DNA of 64,000 nucleotides from Mobula hypostoma (lineage: Eukaryota), in the NCBI RefSeq assembly GCF_963921235.1, contig NC_086109.1, forward strand, positions 24,554,001-24,618,000, written 5' to 3'. The notes under the pieces were generated by a model that did no database searches, was not told the origin of the DNA, and saw only the letters and a list, made by a program, of their open reading frames with translations. Shown in pieces: positions 48,175-59,850 of this stretch (positions are counted from its first letter, which is position 1; every line of letters starts with the position of its first letter). A program made the position numbers and the translations under genes.

Positions 48175-51100
48175 CTCTGGACACTGTCTCCGACACCATC
48201 ACTGACCTTATCCATGCTGGAGAACTCCCATCCACTTCCACTGAACTAATAGTTCCCTTACCCTGCACTGTTTACTCCACAACTTCTGCCATCTCCAAAG
48301 GGATCCTACCACCAAACACATCTTTACCTCACCCCACTCTCCGCTTTCTGCAGGGATCATGTCCTGCATGATTCCCTTGTCCATTTGCCCCTCCCTATTA
48401 ACCTCCTTCCTGGCACTTATCCTTGCAAGCAGCAAGGAGCTACACCTGCCTATTCACTTCCTCCCTCGCCTCTATTCAGGACCCCAAACAGTCCTTCCAG
48501 ACGAGGCAACCCTTCACCTGCAAATCTGCTGGGGCCGTCTATTGCATGCAGTGCTTTTGATGCAGCCTCTTCTGCGTTGTTGAAACTCATCATAAATTAG
48601 GAGACAGCTTTGTCGAGTACCTCCACTCCATCCGCAAAAAGTGAAACTTCCTGATGGCCTGACATTTTAATTCCGAATCCCATTCCTGTTCTGGCCACGA
48701 CTAGGCCACTCTCAGGGCTGAGGAGAAAACCTTATATTCCGTCTGGGTAACCTCCAACCCTGGTGACATGAATATTGATTCTTCTTCTGGTTAAAAAAAA
48801 CACTTTCCCTTCTTCTCCCCTCTTTTCCTTCCCTACTCTGGCCTTTTACCTCTTCTCACCTGCCTATCACCTTCCCCTTGTGCCCCGAGAGTAGTAGTGA
48901 GGTCGGAGATGGTATTAAACAGGAAATTAGAAATGTGTGCAATAAAGGAACAGCAGTTATAATGGGTGACTTCAATCTACATGTAGATTGGGTGAACCAA
49001 ATTGGTAAAGGTGCTGAGGAAGAGGATTTCTTGGAATGTATGCGGGATGGTTTTTTGAACCAACATGTCGAGGAACCAACTAGAGACCAGGCTATTCTAA
49101 ACTGGGTATTGAGCAATGAGGAAGGGTTAATTAGCAATCTTGTCGTGAGAGGCCCCTTGGGTAAGAGTGACCATAATATGGTGGAATTCTTCATTAAGAT
49201 GGAGAGTGACATAGTTAATTCAGAAACAAAGATTCTGAACTTAAAGAGGGGTAACTTTGAAGGTATGAGACGTGAATTAGCTAAGATAGACTGGCAAATG
49301 ACACTTAAAGGATTGACGGTGGATATGCAATGGCAAGCATTTAAGGATTGCATGGATGAACTACAACAATTGTTCATCCCAGTTTGGCAAAAGAATAAAT
49401 CAAGGAAGGTAGTGCACCCGTGGCTGACAAGAGAAATTAGGGTTAGTATCAATTCCAAAGAAGAAGCATACAAATTAGCCAGAAAATGTGGCTCACCTGA
49501 GGACTGGGAGAAATTCAGAGTTCAGCAGAGGAGGACAAAGGGCTTAATTAGGAAGGGGAAAAAAGATTATGAGAGAAAACTGGCAGGGAACATAAAAACT
49601 GACTGTAAAAGCTTTTATAGATATGTAAAAAGGAAAAGACTGGTAAAGACAAATGTAGGTCCCCTACATACAGAAACAGGTGAATTGATTATGGGGAGCA
49701 AGGACATGGCAGACCAATTGAATAATTACTTTGGTTCTGTCTTCACTAAGGAGGACATAAATAATCTTCCAGAAATAGTAGGGGACAGAGGGTCCAGTGA
49801 GATGGAGGAACTGAGCGAAATACATGTTAGTAGGGAAGTGGTGTTAGGTAAATTGAAGGATTAAAGGCAGATAAATCCCCAGGGCCAGATGGTCTGCTTC
49901 CCAGAGTGCTTAAGGAAGTAGCCTAAGAAATAGTGGATGCATTAGTGATAATTTTTCAAAACTCGTTAGATTCTGGACTAGTTCCTGAGGATTGGAGGAT
50001 GGCTAATGTAACCCCACTTTTTAAAAAAGGAGGGAGAGAGAAACCGGGGAATTATAGACCGGTTAGCCTAACGTCGGTGGTGGGGAAACTGCTGGAGTCA
50101 GTTATCAAAGATGTGATAACAGCACATTTGGAAAGCAGTGAAATCATAGGACAAAGTCAGCATGGATTTGTGAAAGGAAAATCATGTCTGAAGAATCTCA
50201 TAGAATTTTTTGAGGATGTAACTAGTAGAGTGGATAGGGGAGAACCAGTGGATGTGGTATATTTGAATTTTCAAAAGGCTTTTGACAAGGTCCCACACAG
50301 GAGATTAGTGTGCAAACTTAAAGCACACGGTATTGGGGGTAAGGTATTGATGTGGATAGAGAATTGGTTAGCAGACAGGAAGCAAAGAGTGGGAATAAAT
50401 GGGACCTTTTCAGAATGGCAGGCAGTGACTAGTGGGGTACCGCAAGGCTCAGTGCTGGGACCCCAGTTGTTTACAATATATATTAATGACTTGGGTGAGG
50501 GAATTAAATGCAGCATCTCCAAGTTTGCGGATGACACGAAGCTGGGCGGCAGTGTTAGCTGTGAGGAGGATGCTAAGAGGATGCAGGGTGACTTGGATAG
50601 GTTAGGTGAGTGGGCAAATTCATGGCAGATGCAATTTAATGTGGATAAATGTGAAGTTACCCACTTTGGAGGCAAAAATAGGAAAACAGATTATTATCTG
50701 AATGGTGGCTGATTAGGAAAAGGGGAGGTGCAACGAGACTTGGGTGTCATTATACACCAGTCATTGAAAGTGGGCATGCAGGTACAGCAGGCAGTGAAAA
50801 AGGCGAATGGTATGCTGGCATTTATAGCAAGAGGATTCGAGTACAGGAACAGGGAGGTACTACTGCAGTTGTACAAGGCCTTGGTGAGACCACACCTGGA
50901 GTATTGTGTGCAGTTTTGGTCCCCTAATCTGAGGAAAGACATCCTTGCCATAGAGGGAGTACAAAGAAGGTTCACCAGATTGATTCCTGGGATGGCAGGA
51001 CTTTCATATGAAGAAAGACTGGATGAACTGGGCTTGTACTCGTTGGAATTTAGAAGATTGAGGGGGGATCTGATTGAAACGTATAAAATCCTATAGGGAT

Positions 51101-51712
51101 TGGACAGGCTAGATGCAGGAAGATTGTTCCCGATGTTGGGGAAGTCCAGAATGAGGGGTCACAGTTTGAGGATAAAGGGGAAGCCTTTTAGGACCGAGAT
51201 TAGGAAAAACTTCTTCACACAGAGAGTGGTGAGTCTGTGGAATTCTCTGCCACAGGAAACGGTTGAGGCCAGTTCATTGGCTATATTTAAGAGGGAGTTA
51301 GATATGGCGCTTGTGGCTACGGGGATCAGGGGGTATGGAGGGAAAGCTGGTGCAGGGTTCTGAGTTGGATGATCAGCCATGATCATAATAAATGGCGGTG
51401 CAGGCTCGAAGGGCCGACTGGCCTACTCCTGCACCTATTTTCTATGTTTCTATGTTTCTATGTTTCTCTCTCAAACCTTTCTCCTCTCTTCTCTTCTCAG
51501 ATTTGTTCAGCTCTAGCCTTTTATCTTTCCCACCTACCTGGCTTCACATATCACCTTTGTGCTGTTCTTCTTCTTTTCCAATCCTGAAGCAGAGTCTCAG
51601 CCTGAAACTTTGACTGTTCATTTCCACATCTGCTGTCTGACCTGCTGAGTTCCTCCAGCTTTTTGTGTGTGTTGGTTTGGATTTCCAGCATCAGCAGAAT
51701 TCCTTGTATTTA
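48175..51712 (+). mobile_element. Older Penelope-like element split by CR1 copy B
   Basis: LLPGTYPCKQ linker and decayed GIY-YIG at 48385-48790; 3' UTR and hammerhead remnant resume at ~51480-51712. Confidence 0.78.
48884..51466 (+). mobile_element. Young CR1/HER1 LINE copy B (partial APE, RT, 3' tail)
   Basis: ORFs 48878-49864 (IMGDFN, GKSDHN), 49933-50712 (RT, KFADDTK), 50728-51096 and 51100-51363; (TTTCTATG)n tail; one frameshift and three in-frame stops. Confidence 0.95.
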
Positions 51713-53419
51713 TAACCTACTTACCTATACATCTTCGGAATGTGGGAGGAAACCGGAGCACCTGGAGGAAACACACGCGGTCATGAGGATAAAGGATATA
51801 CTCAACAGGAAGAATTGAACCCCAGATGCTGGTGCTGTCAAGCATCTGCCCTAACCACGACATTACTGTGCTGTTAGGCACACAAATATGCAGGGAATGA
51901 TGTGATACGGATCATGGATCATGTACAGGAAGAAGAGAATTGCTTTAATTGGTTCAATTTGACATGATGTTGAGCACGGGCTTCTGGCTCCTTCCCTAAC
52001 ATTCCTAACGAAGGATCTCAGTCCAAAACATCCACTGTTTATTCCCTTCCATAGATACTACCTGACCTGCCAGGTTCCTCCAGCATTTTATGTGCTGCAT
52101 TTAATTATAAGGACTTCCATGGGACATATTGCATTGCAGAAAGAGTGTTAGCCATGGAAGCTTCTTCACAGGTGAAGTCTGTAAATTAATGCCAGTAACT
52201 ACCTGCACTGAATTCCACAACTTGAGCCAATAGTGTGACGCATTGATAAGCAAAGGGGAATTGCGATCACTGCTACTGTTATTTATTTCTAATTTTAGTT
52301 ATTTAGAGATACAGCATCGTGATAGGCCCAATCACACCTTCGTGCTCAATTCACCTACTAACCCACCTATGGGATATGAGAAGAAGCTGGGGGTCCCAGA
52401 GGAAATCCAGGCAGTCAAGGGGAGAATGTACGCACTCCTGACAGACAGCAGTGGGAATTGAACCCGGGTCACTGGTACTGTAATAGCACCGCGCTACCAT
52501 GGGATATCAGAGGTAAGTTTTTTTTATGCAGAGTGGTGGTAGAGGCAAATACAACAGGGGCCTGCAGACAACGAACACTGAGCTAAACTGAATATGCCTG
52601 GACTCTTTCAATTTTGTGTTCTATATCTGTATTTTTCACTCTTTTTTTGTTGTCATTTGCATGATTTTTTTGCACATGGCTGGGGAGGGGGTGGCGTGAT
52701 GGGGTTTGACATTTTTCTTTGAACAGGTTCCATGGTGTTTCTTTGTTTGGTGGCTGTCTGTGGGGGAGATGAACCTTGGGGTTTTACACTGCATACATAT
52801 TTTGATGATAAATGTCTTCTGAATCTTTGAATTTAAGGAGCTCTTAGACATGGATATGGTTGATAGCAAAATTGAAGGCTATGTAGGAGGGAAATGTAGG
52901 ACTGATCTTACAGGAAGTTAAAAGGTCAGCACGGCATTGTGGGCTGAAGGGCCTACACTATGCAAGAGTTTTCTGTGTTCTATATTATATGCTACCATGC
53001 TGTGTATGAAAGAAAACATGATTTAGTAACACTTCTCAGCATGAAAAGGAGAATTAGAAGAAAAAGAATTATTATATAGCATCATGTTTACATTAGCTGG
53101 ATCTTCTTCTTTCAAAATATTAATAACAGGCTTTAAAGATCTATTGTTACCACAACATGAGCTGTATTCCTTAAATCACTGCAGGAAAAGAAAGTTACAG
53201 GAAATCATTCCAGACTTCAAAGGAGAGTGCTGTTCTGTACAACACAAAGGCATAACATTTAGCTAACTAACCAAGTTGAAAGCTGTCTGAGAGGAAAACC
53301 TCATCCTCACTGCATATAGTTTATAAATTGGTGTCAGCTTGGTTTACCTGCAAGCAGAATTGTTTCTAAATGAGAAAATTCAGGTGCAACTATATCTGAG
53401 CATAAGACTGAGCATAAAA

Positions 53420-54050
53420 ATATGAGTGGCCGTACTGAGGAAACATCACAGTTTTGGAGGGGCAGCACCGAGCATGCGTTGTCTTGGTAACATACAGCAT
53501 AGTTAGAGGGAATATTGAGGGAATGCTGCACTGTCAGGATGTTATTACTGAAAGATTGTTGCATGGTTTTGTGGGGGTGGGGGGGAAGTAAGTATATTAG
53601 GCGTGGTAGTGTTCAACACAACTACTCCTTTGGAGAGTTATAATGAAAGTAGATTGAATTGTTCACAAAGTTGGTTCTGTCAGAGTGCTCCACTGACAGT
53701 GCTGCAGGGTCATAGGGTACATCGGCAAGAGGCTGCATTGTCAGAGGAAAAGGGCTGAGGAAGTGCTGCACTGTCAGGGGAGGGCAGTAATGTCGGAAAG
53801 CAGCCAATTCGGTGTGCACACTGTCAGACCGTGACATTGTTGGGTTCCATCTGCCCACAAGGATGCCACCTCACTGTTGGAAGAAGTATGGGAAATTCTG
53901 CTGGTGTCCAGACAATCATTTCCCCTCACCTCATACTACTGAAAAGGACTTATTTCTAATTGAAGTCAGGATTATCCCACTGAGAGCAAAACGGCCTTAA
54001 AGCAATTGATACATGAAGCACTCTGTATAGTACATTAAAGATGCAGCATA
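53420..54050 (+). mobile_element. Deu-domain SINE relic (SacSINE1/AmnSINE1-related) with a reiterated core motif
   Basis: Several tgagg(g)aa(g)tgctgcactgtcagg copies, then gaagaag...tgctggtgtccagacaatcatttcccctca, resembling the Deu domain as I recall it. Confidence 0.55.
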
Positions 54051-55119
54051 ACTGAAAGTCATTCTTTCAAGCTATTTGTTTAAAAATCTTAATGCTTAGA
54101 TTTACATTTTCAAATTCACAGTGGAAATCAAGTTGTTGTCCTCCTTAAACTGTCTTCGGTCACATTAGTTATGAAGAATGGTTGTACCTCAATTGTCAAT
54201 CATTGGAACAATCTACTAAATATATTCAAAATTCAAATTACATTGATTATCAAAGCATGTATACATTATACAACCTTGAGATTCGTCTCCTTACGGGCAG
54301 CCACAAAACAGAGAAACCCCTGAAGAGCCCATTAGAAGGAAAACCGTCAAACACCCAATGTGCAGAGAGAAACAATAACACAAATAGTACAAACCATAAA
54401 AGTAAGCAAGCAGCACTTTGGAGATATACAATGAAGGTTAGTCATCTGGTGCCTCAGATCGATAGCCACAACATCCTATACCATATCCTGAATCTTGAAA
54501 TTCTTCTCATTTATTGTCAGGATAGAAAGCTTGATAGACTTATTCCACAGAAACAAATCAACCTGTGCACCGACCTGGATATCTAATCTATATCTATAAT
54601 CATGGGACAATTCCATTACACAACATATTTCCTGATCTCAGCTAAAGCTGGAGGTCCTTTGTATTCAAACATAAATTATTAATATAATCTCTATTGATGG
54701 CTTTGGAGAACATTCTCAATGTAAACTACTTGTCATGACCAGATGTTGCTCGGACACTGAACAGAGTACACCCGAATAGTTGATATCCCAGCCCTTAATT
54801 CAACCATGGCTAGAACATGCTAGATCTTTGATAGTTAGTAGTATTTATAGTAAAACAATTAGTGCAGTATTTGTTTCCATTAAGTATTTAACAGTGAAGG
54901 AATGGCTGCAGATGAGTGCGTCTAGATGCATGTTGAAAGTACAGATTGCTGAAACAGAGATAAATAGCCTGTTAAGTCTTTGACTTCTATTCAGGAAAGA
55001 GAGGAAAGGAGAATGCCAAAATAATTATGCCTCACGTGCTTGTCAAGGATGCATATTGTTTGCTGATGAGGAAGGTGAGTAAAATGGCAAAACATTTTTA
55101 GAGTGTGTTTTACTAGATG

Positions 55120-55480
55120 ATCATAAAGGCATAAAATACAGGAGGACAATTCGACCACTTGGCCCATCAAGTCTGCCCCGCCATTCCATCGTGACTGATT
55201 TAGCTCCATTCTCCTGCCTTCTCTCCGTAACCTTTCATGCACTGACTAAACAAGAACCTATTAACCTCCATCTTAAATACACCCAAAGACCTGGCCTCCT
55301 CAGCCACATCCTCAGTTTCACCACCCACATCTAAGGGAATTCCTCCTCCTTCTCATTCTAAATGGATGCCACTCTGTTCTGAGGCTGTGCTTTCTGGTCC
55401 TAGACTTCTCACTACAGGCAACATCCTTTCCACATCCGCTCTATCTGGACCTCTCGACACCCGATAGGTTTCAATGAGAT
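55120..55480 (-). mobile_element. CR1 3' fragment
   Basis: DLIETYRV...DRADVERMLP in ORF 55353-55553; 3' UTR motif gaatggcggggcagacttgatgggcc on the minus strand. Confidence 0.7.
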
Positions 55481-55844
55481 CCTGGTTGTAAAGAAGACCA
55501 GAAACCACTGTTGGAAAGTTCCTAACACATTGGTAGAATTTTCCTCTGACCAAGATTTAGTACTAAAGCATCATGTGATAAATGTAACTTAGATATATCT
55601 TTAATTTTCTCACCAAGACCATTTTCTGCAGTGACAGAGGAATGGTCTGATGTCACTAGACTTTTGTTTTAAAAGACAAAGAGAGCTTGTCAAAATTCTA
55701 GAAAACAATAATCCAGAGAAGGAGTCTATTGCATAATTCAGTTTTAATGATGCCCTTCATTGGTCGGAGTCGAACATAGATATTGTGATATAGCTGTTTT
55801 GTGATACTAAAGCTAGGGCAGTACAATATGAAGAGCAAGCTGTT

Positions 55845-56262
55845 ACTAATGTAGCAGGCTCCCCCGTCCACATAGCTGATGAATCCAAATGAATGGCAGT
55901 TTGGCACCAGTGGCATCCCAGTCAGCTTTGAACTCAATGTGGGACTGCCTGAGGGACCCCAGCTCCGAATTTTTCTTTGGGGTGTACTCCCAAAGCCTTC
56001 TCCACACGTGGGTGTACCCACAAGTCAGTGGAGGTTTGAGATCAGAGTATTCCTTCTTCAAGATGAGCCGCCAATACAACTGGTTTTTAAGGCACCAGTC
56101 CCTTCTCCTGTCAGCAGAAATGGTTCCGCTGGGCTTAGTAGCTGAGCGACACGTGAAGGCCAGAAACTGGACTTGGTTGTCAGAGGCTATTTGAGATGCA
56201 CACCACTGGAAACACTTAGTAGGTCGTGGGAGCTTATCCCTACACCTTGGGCTATGACAACC
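55845..56262 (-). mobile_element. Structured repeat resembling an RTE-clade 5' UTR (tentative)
   Basis: GC-richer segment with internal inverted repeats. The RTE assignment is from memory of similar sequences; no RTE protein motif is present. Confidence 0.35.
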
Positions 56263-56289
56263 TGCAATTATTCAATTTCAATATAATGT

Positions 56290-56570
56290 TACCGTGACAT
56301 CATTACAGCTCGCAGCATTCCAGAGTTTTGACTTCAATTCCAGCACCATTCTTTAGGGAGTTTGCACATTTGAACATGTGTGGGTTTCCTCTGGGTGCTC
56401 CAGTTTCCTCCCACAGTCTAAAGACACAGAGGTTAGTAGGTTAATTGGTCTTTGTAAATTGTCCTCTGATGAGGCTAGAGTTAATTGGTTTTGTTGAGCG
56501 TTGCTGGGGTGGTGTGGCTCAAAGGACTGGAAAAGCCCACTATGCGCTGTATCACTATATTAAAAAAATC
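56290..56570 (+). mobile_element. V-SINE (HE1-like)
   Basis: Clean V core gggtttcctctgggtgctccagtttcctcccacagtctaaaga. Confidence 0.75.
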
Positions 56571-56604
56571 ACTGTGTAGAATGAGAAAGGGAAGGGGGGG
56601 AGGG

Positions 56605-56830
56605 GGAACGTTGACTCAGACCATGAGAGGCCTGCGTCGGGCATTTTCTTGCCTTACAATGCACAGATTGGAAGTCTGTGTGGGATGCCACTCCTCGCAA
56701 AGACACTAGAGCAACGTGTAGTTAAGTGCCTTGCTCAAGGACACAAACATGCTGCCAAAGCTGAGGCTCGAACTAGCGACCTTCAGATCACTAGACAAAT
56801 GCCTTAACCACTTGGCCATGTGCCCAGCAC
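56605..56830 (-). mobile_element. tRNA-derived CORE-like SINE, same head as 29360-29480 but a different tail
   Basis: Minus strand reads tggccaagtggttaagg...agttcgagcc...gtccttgagcaaggcacttaac. Confidence 0.7.
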
Positions 56831-58419
56831 AAGAAATGGAAGACTGGTGGAAACAAGAATTAATGTCAACTAAACAGAGTGGAAAGAAAGATATTGCGCA
56901 CTGCTTACACTGAAAGTTAAATTAATCCTTAATAAAAAGGACTAATTTAACCATTCACTTAAATAATCTGAATAATTCCCAGACTTGCGTCATGTCATTC
57001 AAGTCCTAGGTATGTGAATTAAGTGAGAAAGCAACATGTTAATTGAGAATCCCTTAAGATATATTAGACTAAATAATGTGTCTTTGCTGTGAAATTCTGT
57101 ATGACTCCTGATGCTGAATTGGACAAAACTATTCGTTGTGACAGGCAAAAGCAATCTTTCAGCAAGTTTGCAATTCAATAGTGCTGCTTCATTAGTAGGG
57201 CTACGCTGCTTCTTGTGCTAAGACTTTCCAGCGACTTTCAGCTCAACTTCAAGAGATGTCATTCTGAACAAACTACCTGAGAGAGTCAAGGCTCTTGTAA
57301 GCCTCTGCTATTCCAGTTCAATTATCATTAGCACATGATTCCAAACTGTGGCCCAGAAAATAACACTGGCATAAAGATTTATGTTGGCATTGTTAGGACA
57401 GTGGAACAGTAGAATCAGGATTTGGCACACAGTACGGTTTCTCACTATTTCTGCAGTGTTCAACACTAACAGCCAGGTGTACAATTCAAATTACACTCAT
57501 GAAATGTGGCATTGCTGGCTGAGGTGGTATTTACAACCCATTCCCAGTTAGTCTTCAAAATGTACGCATGCATTGTTGAGTGAATGATTTAGTAATAATG
57601 CTATGATAACAAGAAATGTGGCATTTACCATTTATTTTTTGCATTTGATGCACAATATTCATCTCTCAATCTGTAGTAGAGACATTAATAATCTGTCTAC
57701 ACATCGCAATTAACCCAGATTTTACTGAAGGCATTACAGTAGCAATATCTCACACTTAATTTGTCCACAAACAGAAAGATAAACTTATTGACTAATCCTA
57801 TCCTGGAGGCAGGGCCTCACTCAGTGTAACACGGTCCTGTGGTGGTCTAGGACACACTATTGTGAAAACTTTCATGATAAAGGGAAAACAACTGCTCAAC
57901 TATCTACATAGCACTGTTGCTTATCAAACTTGTCAATGCATCTGATCACTCCTAGTATTAAGAAAATCAATAATTATTGAAAACAATATAGCTAATTATT
58001 TGTTAAAATGAAATGCTTATTTAGAAATCACCTAAAAGCTCGACCTCAAGGAGGTCAGAAGCAAGCAATTAAATAATTTAAATAATTACAGCAAAGTAAT
58101 AGGATTATTTTCTTATTCCTACTTTTCTTTCTCATCGTTAGAAAATTTCCATCCAAATAAATTAGCCTGCGGGCACCAGGCAAAGCAGGATCCAAGAGCA
58201 GATTCCTTTGTAAGTGCTGGTGGTTCTCAGCAAGTGCCTGATTCTTTGTGCAGTTAAAGGCAGAGAGCCACCTACTAATCACCACAAGATTCTGGCCAGC
58301 AGCTTTGGGAGTTTGGTATTCATGCATCTACCATAGTAAATCCCAATAATTCTATGCTGAGCTGTAAAATCCAGCAAAATCTCAGCAAAGTTGATCCTAA
58401 ACAAGTCAGAATTATAGGG

Positions 58420-58790
58420 TCATAGAAAGACACAGCATGGAAACAGACCCATCATTCCACCAACCATCAAGCACCCATTTTTACATACGTTCTGTCCTTA
58501 TGCATGTTATCTTCCCCACATTCCATCAGCAAATTCTCCCCTATACTGTGCCATAAACTTACGCACTAGTGACAATTTATACTGGTCAGTTAACATTACA
58601 ACCCACATGTCTTTGGGGTGTGGGTTGCAATGTTAATTGACCAGTACTAACAGACCAGAGCACCATGAGGAAACACGTTCAGTCACAGGGAGAATGTGCA
58701 AACTCCTCACAAAGGGCACTGGAGCTCAGGACTGAACCCGTTTCACTGGGGGGCTGAAGCAAGAGCCACTGGTTGCACGGCTGTGCTTTC
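58420..58790 (-). mobile_element. Decayed V-SINE
   Basis: atgtctttggggtgtggg...cacagggagaatgtgcaaactcc...gactgaacccg. Confidence 0.6.
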
Positions 58791-59589
58791 TGAGCTGCAG
58801 TCAAAGTGCGTAAAAGACCTCCTGTGATGCAAGCTATAATCAAGTGTGTACACTCCAGTGCCATCAGGGTTACCAACCCAGGCATTTACTAACGTCATGT
58901 TTTGGGATGTTGAAGCCTGTTGGTTCTTGGATCACATTGCCGTTTTCAAACTGTGAGCTACATGTTTCTCACAGCAGGTCAGCCAATATAACGCACCAAA
59001 TACTAATCCCCTTAATGAGCTGTGAGCTGCAAATATAGGGCAATCTGGTGTCTGAGCTAACAGTCGAGGAAGAACAGAAGGTATTTATTCAACTTCATAG
59101 CTGTAGAACTGGCCCTTATAGGGTAAGGGCAGACCAGTTCACAGACTAGAAACAAATTATTCCTACTTGAAGGAATCAGGTGCAAAGGATCTTGGTGAAG
59201 AAACATTAATGGTTCATTGACAGTCTTGAAGGAAATACTATAAATGTGTTCACTGACAATATGTTGGTTCAATTTTGAAGACTCTTGACTCTTCTCACTT
59301 CCTGGGATGCTTGAGTGGGGAGCTGGAAGGAGGTACAAACCTGAGGATTAAGGGCTACCTTCAGTTGGCAGTGCTTTCTAGATGCTGAATGAAACTGTCA
59401 CCTTTAACCAGGATGATTCCTATTAATATTGTACACTTTGACTTACTTTCCTCTTATGCCTCTGTGAGGCACGTTATTTGTAAAAGACACTCGTCTTCCT
59501 GTCAGAAAAAAATGCAATCAATATAACACTTTTTGTTGAGCACTTATGTTGTAATATCAGGAAATGGAACTGGTTTCTACATGGCAAAT

Positions 59590-59850
59590 CCTAATGACAA
59601 CAAAAAGCGGGTCACCTTTTTTTTTAAGTGATATTGCCTAGGGCACCCGCCAAGCTCTACTGATGAACTTCAGATAACCTCATGGAATAGTTTATGCATA
59701 ATTTAGAGAGCAGACTTAGCCTTGAACAATGGAAGCACTGGCACTTCATGAGTAGCGAACTGTGAATGCTCTTCTGGATTATGAAGCTCAAACTCCTGGA
59801 ATGGGGACTTGAAGCCATGATCTTCTAGATCGTAAGTAAGTTTTCTGTCC
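59590..59850 (-). mobile_element. Highly decayed Deu-domain SINE relic
   Basis: Head-like gctcaaactcctggaatggggacttgaagcc; weak similarity only. Confidence 0.35.

Larger units (their letters stand above)
47730..51875 (-). mobile_element. V-SINE split by ~3.9 kb of nested insertions
   Basis: Tail at 47730-47824 ends caattaacc; core and head resume at ~51713 (taacctac...tgtgggaggaaaccggagcacc). Confidence 0.6.

Noticed and set aside
48878..51363. Possible active reverse transcriptase gene
   Set aside because: 5'-truncated inside the APE domain, with one frameshift and three in-frame stops; a dead CR1 copy.
55874..55895. CTGATGA...GAA as another hammerhead
   Set aside because: No stem II, no GAAA-stem III-UH arrangement, and not in Penelope context.
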